NCBI GenBank assembly: GCA_050273025.1
Contig: CP158635.1
Location: forward strand, 12,648,001-12,712,000
Direction: 5' to 3'
From: Cenococcum geophilum
Lineage: Eukaryota
DNA: 64,000 nucleotides
Shown piece after piece: positions 39,381 to 50,586 of the stretch. The position numbers and the translations under genes are program-made. Within the stretch, counting starts at the first letter, position 1. Each line of letters starts with the position of its first letter. The notes below the pieces were generated by a model. The model did not search any database. It was not told the origin of the DNA and saw only the letters and a list, made by a program, of their open reading frames with translations.

Positions 39381-42300
39381 CTATCGAAGCCGATCCTCCC
39401 GAGCTAACTCATCATCGTCCAACCCTTCGTTCACGTTTCTCAGATATTTATCGAACTTGCTCGACACGTTTATGACGTGGCGTAATGAGATAAAATCCAG
39501 TGGTTTGCCTTTGTACATAGCGAGCTGCCGGGCAGTGGTAACAGCATTCCGAATTTCCCTACCATTCATGTCGAACTTGGAAAGATCATTCCGATGACTC
39601 CACAAGTTATCGATGTCAATGCCGTCTGTCTCGAACGATTTCAGGCGATTGATGAAGTTCTCCCAGACTCTCTTTCTAGACGATTGAGTTAACTTTTCGT
39701 AGTGTAGTGCAAGCTGTATGCGAGACTTGAAGGCTTCGTCGAAGGTACCAACACGATTACTCGTAAGGATAAGGATGCCTAAGGCAGGTTTAAAAAAAAA
39801 TTACACATAGTGCGAATGTCGAAAGAGTGTGTACCATCGTAATATTCCAGAACGCGTAGGAAGACTGCCAGAAAATGATCAGTATTTAAGTATCCTACAT
39901 GTCGATTACGGAACGCACCTGATACCAGAGCATTCCGTTGTAAGTCTTGTAAAGACCTCTCTTGCAGAAAGACTTCCGCTTCATCCAAGAGCACGACTGT
40001 AAGATATCAACCATGACCTTGGAGGCTTTCCTTGACGGGTCAACGTACCACAATCCCACATTTTCCCAAGCTGAAGAACAATTTTGAGGTACTTTTCGAC
40101 ATTTTCTGGTGTTGTCCCTATATCACCACAGGTGACACGGTACAGTGGCTTTTTAGCATACTCTGCGACGCTATCGAAGAAGTCAGTCGCGAGTCCAGGT
40201 CGATTTTAACAGTTCTGCACTCCTCAGAAACTACACCTTTCGGCTGTTAACGTTTTGCCTGTTCCTGGTCCTCTGTTCCTGGTCAGCAAACATCAAAATC
40301 ATTGCAATCATTTGTGATTAGAAGTTCGGGAAATCCTTTTACCCATGAAAAAGTATAACCAGCCCACTTCCCTTGCCACCTATGAGATCAGTACTTTTCG
40401 AAGGATCAATTTTGTTGGTTACAAGTGCCATGATTAACTCCTTAGTCTCATCGTCAATTACTAATGATTTGAAAGCATCTTGGTCCCAGCACACAGGACT
40501 CGTATTTTCAATTAACAGTAGTCCTGCCATTGAATGGTCAGTAGATGTTCTCACTTCAAGGCTGACCAAGAATCGGAAGAATATACGCCATTTTTTGTCC
40601 TGCATATTGAAGCCCATCACGCAATATGGTAGCAGAAGAGTGAAATCTTCACTAGGGGGCTTTTTGTTTCCCATGACTTCAGGACCAAGCTCATCTTTGA
40701 GTTGCAATTTCGAAATGGGTGCTTCAGGCTGGTATCTTTTGACAGCCACAGTGTCAATCATGAACCGCATGTCGCGCTATTGTTTCACAGCTTCTATTAA
40801 TGCGAGAACTACATCCCGCTGCAGGATTACACTTACAAACTTTTCAACCTTCCCAAAGTCCCATCCATTGTATGAGACAAATTGAGTATAACGGCAGTCC
40901 CAAAACTTTCTCCCTCTACTGGCGAACAACTCTTGCGTACCATCTTTCGCGTAGCGAAGCGGATAGGTCAACAAGTCCCGAATGGGAAAAGGCTTGTCGG
41001 TATCCGCACAGTGAGATATCACGTGCGACTTTGTCACACTCTGGAACACGCCGTCATAATCCCATATCATCACGTTAAACGAAAACTTGCTCGTCAAGCT
41101 AATCAAGGGATTTGAGCCCCCGTCGCTCATTTTCGAGGCCCATGCTTGTGTAATATCCGGCCACGTTACTTGCTTAGCGCCGCGACAATAAGAGAGATCC
41201 GTGCCCTTGTCACTTATGATCAACACTTCGGTTGGCACCTATATGCGTCAGGCATAAACAGCCATAATATGCGAGAAACTTGGGAATGGAGAAGTCTGAA
41301 GACTGAGGTTACTGACAAAGAGGTATTCCAGATATTCTCTCGAGATAACCTTTTTAGAGAGCTGTTTTTCGAGTACGGCAAACTCATTCCCTTTATCCGA
41401 GATCATATATTCCATAAACAGCGCAAGATGCTCTCCGTGAGCTTGGTTTATACCTTCTAATGCTGAAATGAAACTTGCTTTCTCGTGGAAGAACCATATA
41501 TGAGGATTCCTAGCCTTTCCGTTGAGTTTGAACTCTGGAAAGAGCTTCCCCCGAGTGGATAATTCTTTTACAATATCGAGAACTTCGCACAGATCTTCAT
41601 GGAGTATTTGCAGCATTTCAAAGGAAGGAACAGGCTGCTCCTCGGGCTTCAGTAGGTTTGATCCAGGAACGCAACAGTTGTACTCTTTGATGATGATGAA
41701 TGACAGTCCCCGATGTCGCTCAATGAGCAGCTCCATATTGGAAACCTTATCTCTTCCTCCTAGATGGTACGGCCTCTGCCCGTAGCCAACCATGTGAGGT
41801 TGGTCGAGAAAAATAGCTTTAGATCCATCTGCGTGGCAGCGAGTCCTGTGGAGAACTTGATAGGAGACTTTCACGGGTTCTTCTTGCAGTGGCTCCTCCA
41901 CTGGAGCGACGAGAGGCTTCAGCACCTTACTCACACGGTTAAGACAGTCCAGTAATGCGCTATCGGCAGTCTCCGGCCCTGCTCCAACTAATTCGCATAA
42001 TCGATTTCTCCAATCGACTTTGTCGCAAGAAACCTCGTCCCAAAAGTCTAAGATGGGTTTCTTACTCCCGAGTTCAATATGAGACGCCTTTATCTGCTTC
42101 GCTCTTTTGGATCCCATTTCAACCTCATCGCTAAGGCGCCTTTTCGAGGGCACATTAGCTGTAAAGCTGTCATTAGACGCGCAGCTTGATGGAGAAAAAA
42201 CGTGTGGCTGGGAATCCGCCGTCTCATTCCCGGAAGGGATTGGTTTTAGAGAGGCCTGCAAAGAGAACATAAGGAACAGCGCCCGACCACTCAAGTATGG

Positions 42301-43254
42301 TTAACTTACGAAATGTATATAGCCATCTTTCGCGAAGCGGTCATTCTGGTTCTCATCACGTCTGCAGGTCTGGTCGAAAAGGGTTTCTTCTACGCTTCGC
42401 GGTGCCCCTCCCCTCTCTTTATGAACAAGAATCTTCTTCACACCGGAATCATGCCCCGTAGACGCAATGCCAGTTTGTGTTCGCTCGTTAATCGCACCGT
42501 GCTCAATGGACCAGAGTTGTGAAGGCTTAGGAAAACCTTGCAGGCTTGTTACTCAATCAATTCAATTCAATTGAGGCCTTGAATTGATTGAATCGAAAGC
42601 TTTGTAAGCAGAAGGTTCGGTTAATTGAATTGATTGATTCAATATTGAAACGATCGCAATTAATTGCAACTACGTAGTAGTTAGTAATTATCACGAGTCT
42701 CGGCATAGTGTTGATGCAGGGGGCCTACCTGGCGGCGCCCGAATCGCTTTCTACCATCGTTTCCGTCGCTCCTGCCGTTAATATAGGTCTATCGCGAGTC
42801 TTGGCATAGTGTTGAGTTACTATCCTGTTGTGTACCCCCTGTTCATAGTGGTAATAGAATTGATATTGTTGGTGGGCAAATCTAGTTATAAAACTTTTCT
42901 TACCTGCCAAGATCCCGGCGATAATGTGATAGTGTAAACAACGAGTAATGCTCGGGTAACCCTTTTTTGGTAAGGGGGTCTAAGAACAATAAGGTTTAAA
43001 GCATTATTATATGTTATGTTCAGCATATTTCTATATAATATTAAAAGATTCAATATTTATCAATCAATTCAATTCAACTAGAACCCCTATATTGATTGAG
43101 TTGCCAAGCCAGCGAGCTCTCAGTTGATTGAATTGATTGAGTCTTGGCATTCAATTCAATTCAATATTGAAACCTGGGTGATTGAATAACAAGCCTGTAA
43201 ACCTTGTGACTGTGACCAGGCCATAAGCGATCTGCTAACACTCTCAAGGGACAT
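39381..43254 (-). CDS. Multi-exon fungal AAA+ ATPase (DUF7025-type N-terminal region plus AAA domain); exon 1 interrupted by a MITE
   Basis: Walker A ILFHG|GPGTGKTLTAE (~40240-40350), Walker B VLLDEAEVFL (~39980), NALVS..FLRVLEYY, DEAFKSRIQLALHY and NGREIRNA. Canonical GT-AG introns (e.g. 42309-42256). Removing the MITE and one TSD joins ATG 43254 (MSLESVSRSLMAWSQSQGFPKPS...) in frame to exon 2. Confidence 0.88.
42541..43197. mobile_element. Non-autonomous hAT-like MITE
   Basis: TIR CAGGCTTGTTAYTCAATCA with many subterminal TCAAT/ATTGA repeats. Duplication AAACCTTG at 42533-42540 and 43199-43206 (8 bp plus one extra base, or 9 bp with one mismatch). Confidence 0.9.
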
Positions 43255-43694
43255 CTAGATTGTGATTCTGGCCTCTGTAATTCGCTTTACGACACCGCAC
43301 AACTTCCAGTTGCGCGCAGTTGTGCCGTTAGGCCGATAATTCAAGACTACCTCACGAATTGCAGCACCGGGGCTCGCCTATAAGGACCTAATTCAGAGGC
43401 TGAGAGTTCGCTGATAGTTGTGACAGTTGATTTATTGTCTTGAGTGAACGCGGGTTTGGAGCAGGTTAAATACTTGAGCAGTTGAGGTGGAACTAGGAAG
43501 AGAGAAACGTCGCATTTTTGCGAACCGCGCATTTGTTTCTGTGACCGGTCGGTGGCTGAGTTTAGTAGGCAACGAATACGTGTAAGAAGTCCGTACATTG
43601 TAGAACCGTTATCGCTCCACTGCTGTGCGCCCTTTCCACACTTCCGACATGCCTTTTAGAAGGGACTCTGTCTTAAGATCTCTTCTCCTCAAAA
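43255..43694. promoter_or_regulatory. Putative bidirectional promoter of the divergent gene pair
   Basis: 440 bp between the two divergent ATGs; inferred from position only. Confidence 0.5.
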
Positions 43695-46636
43695 ATGAAC
43701 TCAAGGACGGTGATAGATCACCCGGCAACCTCTGGATGGCTAAATGATCAGCATGAAGGCTCGTAAGACCCACCGTAGTACCCTTGCATCTCAAGGCTGG
43801 CTGCTGGTGGCTAACAGCTCATCCCAGGATTTCTGGGCCTGCGAAAGAAGCCTTCAAGGAAGCCGTCGCACTTTTTGACACCAATTTCACAGAGGACGAA
43901 CGCAGACGCATATGGCTCTACGAGAAGAACGCCATGGATGCTGTACAAGAAGTCATCGATAACGCCAAAGCTCGATATGAGGAGGGCAAGCGCTCAAAAG
44001 CCCGCAAATGGCTTGCCTTGTTATCTACTAGAGTCTTGTTATACGGGCGAGTCTTGGATGTGCTTGCGCAGCAACATCCTGAGTACGTTTCTCTAGTATG
44101 GGGTGCCATAAAGTTTTTCTTCATCGTTGGTCGTCCTCTCCCTCCGATGTGGTCGACTGTGAAGCTTACAATTTTCTACGAACAAAGGGAGTTATGAATC
44201 ATGAGGAACTCATCAAAGAGCTCGCCAAAGCACTTTGCCGGATTGCGGATGCGTTGCCACAGGCTGAGCTGCAAGTATTTCTATATCCAACCAACAATAT
44301 AAGGCAGCTAGTTGTTACTCTTTACACCCAAATCGTTAAGTTTGTACAACGAGCAGCAACCTGGTACAGCGGGGGTAAGGCAAAGCACTTCGTTACGGCG
44401 TTTACCCGTCCATACAATCTCCGCTTCAAGGATCTTGTCGAAGAGATCACCGAAACATCAGGCAAAATTGACAGGCTCGCTCTGAGCATGGCTATGGCCG
44501 AGCTTCGAGTAATTCGTACTGAACTTGAAGAAGCTCGCATCGAACAACGCTCTACACATAGTGTTACTTTGGAGGTCAGGAAAACCTTGGAAGGTTGTAC
44601 TCCATTCTAGGCGTGGCTGATATGGTTCAGCTAACCTCAACACATAGAATACCACAAATTGCAATACTTCAGCTTACTCGATACAAGCAGAAGGGTGTGT
44701 GAAGTTCAATTTTCACAAATTCTAAGCTTCATTGCAGCGTCTCCGCTACCGGGTCCGGAACTAAGCCGGCAATTCTATACTTCGAGAAGGAATCGGAGGC
44801 GTAGGAAAAACGGCAGTAGTGGGGAGATTGCTGCGCTTGGGAACGCAGTGCAGCTGCATGAATGGGCCTTAGACAGATCCTCGTCAATGATTGCCGTCCG
44901 CGGCTCTTTTTCCACCAGACACACTGTGCGGGATTTCGCAGCCGATGTGATTGACAGCATCAGCGTCACGAACAATCCAGTCGTTTGGGCACTAAATTCT
45001 GGGAACAATACCACTATCGACTATACGCCAATAGACGTGTTGAAGCAGATTGTCTCTCAAGCCCTACAGCAAAACCACACCTTACTGAATGAGCGCTCTG
45101 CTGCTCTGAACGCAGCTCGCTTCCAGAGTGCAGTAACGGAAAACGAGTGGTTCAGCTTGGTCGGCTCTGCGCTTGAGGGATTACAGACGATCTACATCGT
45201 TATTGACCTGGAGGTTATCGCCCATGCCATCAGTACCGATACGTCATGGTCTGAGGCATTCCTGCAGCTCTTCGATGAGTTTCAGGCGCGCAGTGTGTCC
45301 AAGAGTCAGCGACGCTGTCAGCTTCGCTGCCAAGAGGCTGCTAATGTAAGCAGTCAGCTAGCTGACTGAGTTGTGACAGTCAGTCAGCTATAAGACTGCA
45401 GCTAGCTGACAGCTCGCTGTCTTGGCGGTAAGATTTGGTGGTGAGTTGAAGCTTTTGGTAGAAGTTGAGGATATTCGGATGATCTGGTTGGTTAATTATA
45501 CGCCAAGCGATGGGAAACCCATGGGAAACTCTCGCTTAGCCATAGTAAATGAAGCATTTTCCCCAATATCTCCATTGCGCGCCGATACCCGTGCTAAAGC
45601 TTACCATTTTATTACCCATACAAAATGCAATATACGTTGCATTTCACGCGTCAGCCAGGCAGTAGAGCTTCTTCGTCTGCTTCCTCCTCTACTTCTTCCT
45701 TATTTAATTCACAATCTACGCGTCATTCAGCTCCTTCAGCACCGCGTAGGGTTCGTGGATCAACTGCTTCCTCTCCCCTTCCGATTAACGATGATACCGA
45801 ATCGGGCGATCAAGACGATTACTGATGAGCGTAATCGACTATTGGCCGACATAATTGAAGCAGATTAATGTTAAAAGTGGTGGTTAATTAAAGGCCTTTT
45901 ATCAAGCAGTTTAATCGACTGTATTAACTCCGATAGAGGTTCAACTACACCTTAGTTGACGAGCTTGGATATTGATCTTAGCCAACTACAGAGGGAGAAA
46001 AGCCAGCTTGGTAAGATACATTCAACGGAGCTTCGTATTTGATCAAATCTGGCATAGAAATAGAGCCTCCGGAGCCCTCGCCGATGCCTTCTTTCTGACC
46101 TTGCCACTGACGTCACCACCAAACGTTCTACCTTTTTAAACCTCTGTGGGTGCGCAGGACGAATTTAGCCATATTTGAATACCATATCGGGTGAATTGGG
46201 GTTGGATTTGATCGGGCAACGTTAATATTTGTATATAGAGAGGTGCTGCCAAAAATCCGCAATGAAACACCATAAAGTCTATATCGCTTTCCTAATTGGG
46301 ACAGCTAGCTGACAGCGTGACAGTCAGCGTACCTTACCTTGCAGTCAGCGGACAGCGAGCGGTCCAATTGACGCAGTCAGTCAGCTATAAAAGCTGAAGC
46401 TCGCAGCTAGCTGACTGTTGGACACACTGCAGGCGCGCAATCTCCGAATTAGGGTCAAGGTACTATTTGTGAGCTCTCGAGGGTCTCAGTCTTGCCATCT
46501 ATCAAGCTGCGAAAGACGCAATGTCCTCGGAATCCCGAGACATAGATCGCCGAGGGTGACGAAGCAAACACATTCTAACCAAGGCAGGAAGCGGCGTCAA
46601 CGACTTTCTGATGTATTTAAAAGAATAGAAGGGTAA
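43695..46636 (+). CDS. NACHT-like protein (DUF7708-type N-terminal helical domain plus degenerate P-loop); last exon interrupted by a hAT element
   Basis: Exons 43695-43762, 43828-44125, 44188-44593 and 44648-45290 plus 46438-46636 join in frame. Motif YGRVLDVLAQQHPEYVSLVWGAIKFF is typical of fungal NACHT N-termini. The Walker A position reads MIAVRGSFSTR (no GK[ST]); Walker B-like IYIVIDLE; KVLFVS after the insertion. Confidence 0.82.
45291..46429. mobile_element. Non-autonomous hAT element
   Basis: TIR CAGTGTGTCCAA..AGTCAGC / GCTGACT..TTGGACACACTG, perfect 8-bp TSD CAGGCGCG (45283-45290, 46430-46437), subterminal GTCAGC/GCTGAC repeats. Confidence 0.93.
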
Positions 46637-47473
46637 TTAAGATAATGGCCCGTTTCACTGATTTTTGAAACGAGTGCGGGACTCACCAGAGCGTCAAAGT
46701 ACAACATAGCCGCAATATCCCCAAGCCGCAAATCCAGCAAGTGTACTCCTCGTGGATGACCCGAAAGAATACTTCACCTGCGTCCATATCTACCATACGA
46801 CGTACATTTCTACTTGACCGCATTGCCATCACAGATGACAGAGATGGCGTTGCATGCCGCATCCCTTGCACTCGCACTGGTTTGTGCAGAAGTAGCGATT
46901 GAGAACGAGGTCACCCCCAAATTCGGTGGTTGAGAAAGCCTAATCGTACTCGTAGCTAGAGTTTTCGATAGAGTGCCCGCCTGGCCCCACAACGTACGGG
47001 CCGGCTGGCTAGGAAGTGGAAAAGAAATATATTGTCGGGTTGGGAGTAAGGCATTATGACCAGAGGGCTTTAACTATTTCTATGATGTTGCTTTCTTGAG
47101 AGGGTTTAAATGTAGAGAGTATCTTGGATGGCTTGGGGGTAAAGTTCAATTTTGACTGATGCGACGTTGATTTAATATACGAAAGAGATATTGGGAATTT
47201 GTAGTTTATGATTTCGTAGCGCGTTCTTTGCCTATAACTGGCGGAAATGACAGATATGCCCTTTGGGCCGGCTCTTGTGATCCCTTAACTAAGATCATGG
47301 TCCTCCAAAATGTTAATAACCTAGAAGGTGACTTCTTAGCTGGATGAACAACGTTTTCCATTGGATCGCAACTCAGAAAGTGCTCGCACGAAAGAAACGA
47401 ATCTAGAGTGGTATTCAATGCTCGTTATCTCAGTTGACTCATCCGCTTCGCCGAGGAATTTGAGGAGGCGGCC

Positions 47474-48074
47474 TTACCTCAGAAGCTCAGACTAAGAAAT
47501 CGATTGCGCTAGCGCGCTAATCTCCTTCGGATATTTGATCGATTTCTTGGTCTGAGGCACTTTGGCGAGATTTGTATGGAAACATAAGCATTTTTAGTAA
47601 GGAAAACTCACAAACCCCAACAAAATTAATCAACATCCCCACAACATATTTTAAGGTAAAAATTATATTAAATTACTCAGGAGATTGAGCTCTATAGATT
47701 ATGAGATTTTAGGCTTTTTATATTTTTATATGGGCCCGTACGGGCCTATACAAAAAGTGCTTATGCTTTTAACAATAGGAATTTTAACTTTAACGAAATT
47801 AATCTCAGATTCGGGAGGGGATAATGCAATTTAAAGCCCTTTGATGTATAAAGTAGCGCCCTAAAATTTATATATTAACTTTTAGAGACTTAATTTTATT
47901 ATGTCGTGGAGGAAATCCCCTTATAAAATTGCCAAAACTAAGATTTTTGCTTATGCTTTTAACAAAACTCGCCAAACGCTCTCAGACGTGATTTTGGTGG
48001 ATGTTAGTCAACTTGTTGACGGGCCGAAGGAACATCCGCTCCAATCAAATTCACGTCTGAGCTCGCTGAGGTAA
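47474..48074. mobile_element. Non-autonomous Academ-type element (601 bp)
   Basis: TIR TTACCTCAG..GCTCAGAC, perfect 9-bp TSD GAGGCGGCC (47465-47473, 48075-48083). End architecture is shared with 9558-16000. Confidence 0.9.
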
Positions 48075-48173
48075 GAGGCGGCCACCCCCCTCTCCCGCCC
48101 CACTTTCAGCGTGCCACAGGCCCACTCTAGTGCCACAGGCCTTATTAGCTAATACAAGGGGGTAACCTGAACG

Positions 48174-49838
48174 TTACCTCAGAAGCTCAGACCAAGAAAT
48201 CGATTGCGGATATAGGAATATCCGCACCGTCCGCTAAGCTGATTTAGGACGGTAACTAATCGTTTTCGTGGTCTGAGAGACTTTGGCGAGATTTGTAGGA
48301 AAAACCTAAACACGGTTTATATAAGAAGACCGTATTAACTTTAACGAAATTGATCTACCCTTCTACAATACCTATTAACATAAAAATTACACTAAATTAT
48401 AGAGAAAAGCCTACTCTATAAGTTATGAGATCTTTAGCTCCTTATACACGCGCAATGTTAAGAGGAGTTCGTTGTCGCAGAGGCTCCAATTCCACTGCCC
48501 TACTGTCGACCTGAATCGGATTTTGCCACCTTGACTCGGTCACTGACCCCTTGACTCGGTCACCGACCCCTTGACTCTGTCATCGACTCAGTCACCTTCA
48601 TGTATTTATAGAGGCTCTAGAGCCACATTCAATAGACAGACTTCTCATTCTTGACCTGCGCACGGACCTACGATTGACACCTACTAAGGCGCGTAGTAAA
48701 CACGCATACGCCTACGCCACCAGCCCTCTTTGCAACCAGTGGGTATTCCATCTGCTATATACCTATTTAATTTATTTACTTTACAGCCCTTTACAGGTTA
48801 TGGTGTAGGCCCTAATAGAGTTGTAAGCTCCGCGTCTGTGTAGAGCTGTAGAGCTTTGCGAGGGCTCTGCAGAACGAAGCTTAGGGGGAGACCTGCACGG
48901 AGCTCTGCACGGAGCTCTACTAAGGCTCTGCGGAGGCTCTGCACGAAGCTCTGTAAAAGCTCTACTCGAAGCTCTGCTCAAAGCTCTGCTTGAAGCTCTG
49001 CTTGAGGCTCTGCTCGAGGCTCTGCTCGAAGCTCTGCTCGAAGCTCTGCTCGAAGCTCTGCTCGAAGCTCTGCTTAAAGCTCGAAGCTCTGCCCGAAGCT
49101 CTGCCCGAAGCCCTATATAGAGCCCCAAAGCTCTACTAACACGCAGCACTAATATACCAGGAAGGTTCTACAATCGCCCGTATGAATGCCCGTATGAACG
49201 CCCATACAATCGTCTCTACAAACGTCTCTGCAATTGATCGCCCGTACGAACGTCTACACATCTGCACATCTACATGTCTACACGTCTGCACGCCTGCACG
49301 AAGGTCTACTAAGGCTCTGCACGAGGCTCTGCGCGAGGCTCTGCGCTAGGCTCTGCCCAAATCTTACCCCCTAGTAGTAGCAGAGGCTCTCCGGGCTAAG
49401 GGAGGATATTTTCAAGGAAGGACCCAACTATAGCACCTACTAGGTGTTGCAATAGCTTTAAGTAGTAGATGTCTACATATCTATATAGTTTTATTAATAT
49501 TAGCAGACTATTTAATAGGATACAATACGTGCTTAGGCTTTTAATAACGCGTTTTTTAACTTTAACGAAATTAATATTAGGACTAAGCAATAGCCGTATT
49601 ATAAAATTTATACCATTTAGAAGCCCTAAGTCTTAAAAATAATGTATGAACTTTTGGTAATAATAACGCGTTATATAAATAAATAAATTAGATATCCGCA
49701 ATCTCCGTTTTGCAGATTTTGCTTAGGATTTTAACAAAACTCGCCAAACGCTCTCAGACGTGATTTTGCAAGAAGGAGACGGCGTAGCTGTTATTCTGAC
49801 GCTAGCCAAAAAAATCACGTCTGAGCCCGCTGAGGTAA
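48174..49838. mobile_element. Non-autonomous Academ-type element (1665 bp) with internal cargo or nested repeat
   Basis: Same TIRs; 9-bp TSD ACCTGAACG/ACCTGAGCG (48165-48173, 49839-49847). Confidence 0.9.
48840..49375 (+). repeat. Partial copy of the AAGCTCTGC satellite unit
   Basis: (GAAGCTCTGCTC)n and AAAGCTCTACTAACACGCAGCACTAATATACCAGGAAGG match the units at 16010-18145; ends CTTACCCCCTA like 18130. Confidence 0.85.
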
Positions 49839-50129
49839 ACCTGAGCGGGCTGCTCGCCCTCCCTGCAAGTGCCTCCGTCAGTGCTTACAATTGCCACATC
49901 GCCATATAAAAACACGTTTAAAATTATGCACCTTAGCAGGAGAGTAGATTTGATTTTCCATTTCTCTTGTAATGCGGCAAGTAACAGTAGTCTTTACTAA
50001 CGAGAAATCCGTTAAATTTTCCAAGGAAAATTTCCAATTTGCGGACCCATAGCCCGCAATTTGGGTCCTTGGATAAATTTAACAGATTTCTCGCGCCTGC
50101 GGCGGGCTTTTGTCCTTTTTAACTAAGTA

Positions 50130-50586
50130 CAGTCAGTGCCGAAATATCGTGGACTCGGGCCGGAGTAAGTCCGCGCACCCCTCACCGCTGTCAAAACAAT
50201 ACACCCCCTATGGCCCCACTAATATGGCTTTACATTTTATAAATAAAGACCTATTTTATAGCCCTTATTTATATATTTTAGGGCTATTTTAGTGGAGTTA
50301 TTGGGGGTGCTTTTTTTGGAGGGAGGAGGGTCGGATTAGTCAGCGCAGAGCCTCAATTCAAATTTTGCAGCCGTTTTAAAGCACCCTGCATAATTCCACT
50401 AAAACCAGCCCAATTTATATAAATGAGGGCTTATTTTGTAGCCCTAGAATAGGGCTATAAAATAGGTCTCTATTTATAAAATATAGAGCCACATTAGTGG
50501 GGCCATAGGGGGTGTATTGTTTTGACAGCGGTGGGGGGTGCGCGGACTTACTCCGGCCCGAGTCCACGATATTTCGGCACTGACTG
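50130..50586. mobile_element. Tc1/mariner-type MITE with long TIRs
   Basis: TA TSD (50128-50129, 50587-50588). TIR starts CAGTCAGTGCCGAAATATCGTGGACTCGGG and complementarity extends well over 100 bp. Confidence 0.93.

Noticed and set aside
40032..42304. Plus-strand ORFs overlapping the AAA gene
   Set aside because: Antisense shadows of the minus-strand exons with no recognisable motifs.
45422..45868. ORFs inside the hAT element as functional genes
   Set aside because: Short, with no transposase motifs I can recognise; at best a deleted transposase remnant.
45293..46432. Alternative donor GTGTGT at the hAT terminus restoring the gene
   Set aside because: This donor is phase 1 and gives a frameshift with a stop six codons after the acceptor.
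46683..47418. Small minus-strand ORFs downstream of the NACHT-like gene
   Set aside because: Under 75 aa, with no motifs or convincing splice structure.
37044..48155. Starship element
   Set aside because: No DUF3435 tyrosine recombinase captain is recognisable in the window. A larger enclosing element cannot be excluded.
48781..49149. 122-aa ORF with RASS repeats
   Set aside because: Artefact of the 12-bp GAAGCTCTGCTC repeat.
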